Positions 62,822-64,000 of a DNA stretch of 64,000 nucleotides are shown piece after piece. Below the pieces are notes generated by a model. It searched no databases, was not told the origin of the DNA, and was given only the letters and a program-made list of their open reading frames with translations. Source of the stretch: Octopus sinensis (Eukaryota). Numbering within the stretch: position 1 is the first letter of the stretch; each line of letters begins with the position of its first letter. The stretch is from contig NC_043025.1 of the NCBI RefSeq assembly GCF_006345805.1, positions 12,214,001-12,278,000 on the forward strand, read 5' to 3'. A program made the position numbers and the translations under genes.

Positions 62822-63740
62822 GGATCTTGTTCCCTATTTTGGTTCGGTTTCTGGATGCCCTTTTTATCACCGGACCCCCAGTTTCCGAGCAATGTAATAC
62901 TTCGCCATGGCCAGAACATATTCATACAGAATTCTGGAAATGAACAACACTGCTTGTATAACATTGACTCTCGTTTACAGCTGTCATGCAATGCCAAGAC
63001 AAAGAAACAAAATCAGGGCTGGATTAAGACCCATCAAGGCCCTAAGCACTCAAAAGATTTTGGTGCCCCCCATAAAAGATTATGTAATTAAAAATATAAA
63101 CAATAACAAGCTATAAAATAAATTTTTAGGATCTTGTTCCCTATTTTGGTTCAGTTTCTGGATGCCCTTTTTATCACCGGACCCCCAGTTTCCGAGCAAT
63201 GTAATACTTCTCCATGGCCAGATATATTCATACAGAATTCTGGAAATGAACAACACTGCTTGTATAACATTGACTCTCGTTTACAGCTGTCATGCAATGC
63301 CAAGACAAAGAAACAAAATCAGGGCTGGATTAAGACCCATCAAGGCCCTAAGCACTCAAAAGATTTTGGTGCCCCCCATAAAAGATTATGTAATTCAAAA
63401 TATAAACAATAACAAGCTATAAAATAAATTTTTAGGATCTTGTTCCCTATTTTGGTTCAGTTTCTGGATGCCCTTTTTATCACCGGACCCCCAGTTTCCG
63501 AGCAATGTAATACTTCTCCATGGCCAGATATATTCATACAGAATTCTGGAAATGAACAACACTGCTTGTATAACATTGACTCTCGTTTACAGCTGTCATG
63601 CAATGCCAAGACAAAGAAACAAAATCAGGGCTGGATTAAGACCCATTGAGGCCCTAAGCACTTAGAAGATTTTGGTGCCCCCCATAAAAGATTATGTGAT
63701 TCAAAATATAAACAATAACAAACTGTAAAATAAATTTTTA
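62822..63740. repeat. 306-307-bp x 3 tandem repeat that includes a hAT-MITE-like left end
   Basis: GGATCTTGTTCCC recurs at 62822, 63129 and 63435; CAGGGCTGGATTAAG...GGCCCTAAGC at 63014 in the first unit. Confidence 0.85.
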
Positions 63741-64000
63741 TTTTTCAAAACGAAACAAAAACAGTAAAAGAGGAAAAATAATGTTTATTTTTGTTTAATT
63801 CCATTTTATTTAGATTTGAAAAGTTTTATTGTTTTATATTTTTGTTTTATGTTTGTTTTATATTTTTGTTTTGTTTTTTGTTCATATTTTATTGTTTTAT
63901 GTTTATGTTTTATATTTTTGTTTTATTGTTATATTTTTATGTTGCTTTTTATTTATGATTTGATTTTGATTTGATTTGATTTTTCCAGTTTCAGCTAATG

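Overview
Eukaryotic, repeat-rich genomic DNA, inferred to be octopus from its SINE families, dense (TA)n tracts and a KRAB-less, single-coding-exon C2H2 array. There is one 100-N gap at 12374-12473. I reconstructed three genes by hand from splice sites and phases. (1) The 3' part of a + strand RING + death-domain gene, 5 exons at 882-7949. (2) A + strand 23-finger C2H2 zinc-finger gene, CDS 18442-20472, with a non-coding leader exon ending at 15336. (3) A complete - strand Mind-bomb-like ankyrin/RING/RING gene, 9 coding exons at 55161-41255, 495 aa, lacking the MIB N-terminal domains. The rest is SINEs, CR1/RTE LINE remnants, Helitron-like and MITE elements, a hAT transposase relic, and many tandem arrays, including an ~11-kb 66-bp satellite grown from a retroelement sub-repeat. 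Top finding: a 349-bp x3 tandem array in which every unit carries a type I hammerhead ribozyme fold (retrozyme-like). At least three other hammerhead-like families also occur in the window. Second finding: a homologous leader exon shared by the unrelated ZNF and ankyrin-RING genes. All ribozyme, expression and mechanism claims are structural inference from the sequence; no searches were run.
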